A stretch of DNA of 64,000 nucleotides from Bdellovibrionota bacterium. Lineage in GTDB: Bacteria; Bdellovibrionota_G; JALEGL01; DATDPG01. Both the position numbers and the translations under genes were made by a program. The notes beneath the pieces are model-generated. The model was given only the letters and a program-made list of their open reading frames with translations, did no database searches and was not told the origin of the DNA. This document shows positions 61,609 through 64,000 of the stretch, one piece after another (the first letter of the stretch is position 1; each line of letters starts with the position of its first letter). Location of the stretch: assembly GCA_963668355.1 (NCBI GenBank), contig OY764265.1:736001-800000 (forward strand), written 5' to 3'.

Positions 61609-62430
61609 ATGAAATTTAAAGCTTTAATCATTTGTTCGGCTCTGATTCTCCCCGTCGCCTTTTTTGGCTGCGGTGGCGACGACAGCGGCCCTGGTGCCAG
61701 CGAATCTTCTTTGCAAAGTGCTGTAAATGGAAATACCGAACCTGTAGGTGAGTTTACCAGCACAGATCAACTTGGATCAGCTGTAGAAGGGCTGTTTAAC
61801 AGTAACGGTCTTCAGAGTCTGGTTGATGATTCTTTTACAGGCCAAGTACGTGCCGACGTAAATTTGAGAAACGCATTTTCGATCACGCGAAATCAAGCAC
61901 CTTTATCTCCTCTTTTTGAACAATCTGGAAACTATGAAGAGTGCTATTCCATTTCTGACACGCAAATTGTTTGGAATTACGATTGTTTTTCGGAGGCATC
62001 GGGTGAAGACTTTGGCTCAGGCACTCTAACCATTTCCATTTCTGGAAACTTTGACGAACAAACTTATGAATGTGTTGGCGAGTGTTACTCTTCCATTCAA
62101 TATGACAACGTCGTTTTTCCAGATGAAACGACAGCCAATGGCATCATCGCTTTGTGGACAGACGGAACTTACGAAGCTCTCTATATTGAGGGAACTTTTG
62201 GAGATGAGGTCTTTGAAGGCTTTATCGTGGTCGTAAACGCTACTACCGGCGAATTGGTTGGGGTTGTCATCGAGGATGAAGAAGGAAATGTCTTCCTCGT
62301 CAGTGAAATTTCGTGCACACCCGAAAACAACCCGACTCAGTGCACATTCACTGTCACCGACGAAACGGATGACATTCCAGTGACATGCACAGAATCTTCG
62401 GGTCAAATTTCTTGTGAAATTACCGAATAA
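61609..62430 (+). CDS. Hypothetical acidic lipoprotein
   Basis: MKFKALIICSALILPVAFFGC lipobox; purine-rich RBS. Confidence 0.75.
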   Translation: MKFKALIICSALILPVAFFGCGGDDSGPGASESSLQSAVNGNTEPVGEFTSTDQLGSAVEGLFNSNGLQSLVDDSFTGQVRADVNLRNAFSITRNQAPLSPLFEQSGNYEECYSISDTQIVWNYDCFSEASGEDFGSGTLTISISGNFDEQTYECVGECYSSIQYDNVVFPDETTANGIIALWTDGTYEALYIEGTFGDEVFEGFIVVVNATTGELVGVVIEDEEGNVFLVSEISCTPENNPTQCTFTVTDETDDIPVTCTESSGQISCEITE

Positions 62431-62448
62431 CTAAAACCATTAACCAAC

Positions 62449-62479
62449 AAAAAGGCGGGCTGAAAAGCCCGCCTTTTTT
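62449..62479. terminator. Bidirectional terminator
   Basis: A5-GGCGGGCT-GAAA-AGCCCGCC-T6. Confidence 0.85.
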
Positions 62480-64000
62480 ATTCTTCAGGCAAACACCAAT
62501 GAGAATCGGCAAAGTACTGTAGCGAGTTCGCTTCGTTAGCAGAAATAGTAATTCTGTTTGCTTGAGTCCATATCTCTTCACCTGGCCAGTATTGAACCAA
62601 TGCCTCCACAGGAAAAAGAACCAGTCCATCGCTATCCGTTTGGTGACTTGATTCATCTGAGTTCCACCAATTTAAAATATTCTCAGAGCACTGCGTTGTG
62701 CTTCCATACCTTTTATGCGCCGTAGCTCGAATCTCGGCATTGATCCAAGGAGCCCCGCAAGCTCTATAGGCTTGGATATTGACTTCGAATTCTCTTGTTT
62801 GACACATAGTCCCAATAAAACCGTCGTCATCATAACAAACAATGTAGGTATGGTTTCCACCATAGTAATGTGTCGTATCATCTAAGCTTTCAATCCACTT
62901 GTTTTTGGTTACTTCAACATTCGTAAAATCTGAAACACCCGACACATTTAAGGTGATCCTTCCATCCACCCGATACAAATCCTCAGGAATTTGACCTTCG
63001 GCCGCTTTGACTCCAAAACGAATTACGCCATCCGCAAGGGCTGTTTTTGTAATGGCTTGCCCCGGTGAACTCCATAAATCTGCATCGCTAGCACGAACTC
63101 TTAAATAAACATTCGGATCAACTGTGACCGTCGGTCCTTCAATTCCATTTCCAAAAGCATCCACCAAGCGAGCTAAAAACTCACTAAATTCGTGTCCCTC
63201 ACCTCGACAAGAGGGTTCTCCAACTTCGACGGCACCCATTTCAAAAAGAAATTCATAGGGCGTTCCCGGCAAGGCATGCGCATGGAATTCAACCCGGTCG
63301 TTCCCAGGGATCACGGCATCACCCATCCACTGGGCATTTACAAACACCTCTCCGGCTTGTGTTCCAAAATCAAGATTCGTAGAAGCCTTCCCATGTTCAT
63401 CCGTTAAGACGTTTTCGGTAAAACTCGCAGGAGCTGAATCCTCCCCTAAACTAAACTGGATGTTTGCACCTGAAACTGGATTTCCTCGCTCATCTTTTGC
63501 AATCACTTCCAAAGGCAAGGGTAAGGGACCGTCCACATCAACCGCTTGGCTTTGACTGTTGGCTTCATGATTCGCAATGAACAATTTTTTCTCGGCCAGG
63601 GGCAATGCAAAGAGTCTAAACTCCACTTGGTGTTTGGTTTCGTCAAAATCTGGAATGAGGGCTTTGGCCTGAATATGAATCTCTCCCGGCTCATCGGGTA
63701 GGATGAAAGAAACTTGAGCTTTTCCGTTTTCATTTGTGGGCACTCGATGTTCCCCGGAAAAGCCACCCGATCCTAGCGTAATGGAAAACTCGATCGTCTG
63801 TTCTGGAACCACGGCCCCATTGAGCATAAGCCGAACCGTTAGCGCCGAAGGCAGCGCATCCCCAACGAACCCTGACTGCTCCTCTCCAGAAACGATTGCC
63901 AAAAGATAATCTCGAGAAATGCTGGCGACTTCGCTCGGCTGTGGAGTGGATTCCTTCACCTCCTCCGCAATCCCGCATGCGCCGAGAAAAGTGAGCCCTA
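62478..64000 (-). CDS. Lipoprotein with bacterial Ig-like (Big_1-type) repeats; 5' end lies beyond the window
   Basis: Frame stays open to 64000 (..GLTFLGAC lipobox); repeats TNENGKA, DERGNPVSG, TDEHGKA, DAFGN. Confidence 0.8.
   Translation of the reverse strand, partial: GLTFLGACGIAEEVKESTPQPSEVASISRDYLLAIVSGEEQSGFVGDALPSALTVRLMLNGAVVPEQTIEFSITLGSGGFSGEHRVPTNENGKAQVSFILPDEPGEIHIQAKALIPDFDETKHQVEFRLFALPLAEKKLFIANHEANSQSQAVDVDGPLPLPLEVIAKDERGNPVSGANIQFSLGEDSAPASFTENVLTDEHGKASTNLDFGTQAGEVFVNAQWMGDAVIPGNDRVEFHAHALPGTPYEFLFEMGAVEVGEPSCRGEGHEFSEFLARLVDAFGNGIEGPTVTVDPNVYLRVRASDADLWSSPGQAITKTALADGVIRFGVKAAEGQIPEDLYRVDGRITLNVSGVSDFTNVEVTKNKWIESLDDTTHYYGGNHTYIVCYDDDGFIGTMCQTREFEVNIQAYRACGAPWINAEIRATAHKRYGSTTQCSENILNWWNSDESSHQTDSDGLVLFPVEALVQYWPGEEIWTQANRITISANEANSLQYFADSHWCLPEE

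Noticed and set aside
1..64000. CRISPR array, rRNA, riboswitch upstream of yitJ
   Set aside because: No regularly spaced repeats or cas genes and no rRNA-like sequence; yitJ is operon-internal with a 2-bp gap.

Overview
Bacterial chromosomal window. A deltaproteobacteria-like host (Bdellovibrionota/Myxococcota-type) is inferred only from the type IV pilin, the many lipoproteins and a MYXO-CTERM-like tail. 0-5.4 kb is housekeeping: EamA transporter, 3-methyladenine glycosylase, ROK glucokinase, PMI-type cupin, pgi, pilin, and tRNA-Arg(ACG)-tadA-tRNA-Ser(CGA). About 5.4-32 kb is an accessory region. It holds a frameshifted KAP NTPase, four IS91/ISCR-like relics in a mirror arrangement around cargo genes, an IS30 remnant, REP-like motifs, many secreted orphans and two unusual enzymes that appear to carry peptide-recognition (RRE-like) domains. 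32-64 kb is mostly metabolic and envelope genes (yitJ, lsrF, acs, porins, OPT, pepE). The most notable items are: (1) a candidate new RiPP cluster of an 85-aa small protein, a B12 radical SAM with C-terminal RRE, a LanD/EpiD-like flavoprotein and an RRE-SPASM radical SAM, with no dehydratase; (2) a single-chain Ubl(GG)-TtuA-like-RRE-ThiF-like fusion that looks like a self-contained peptide sulfur-insertion enzyme; (3) an intact archaeal-type gatE-gatD pair in a bacterial context. All domain calls come from reading motifs by eye; no database searches were run. No CRISPR array, rRNA, integrase or prophage was seen.
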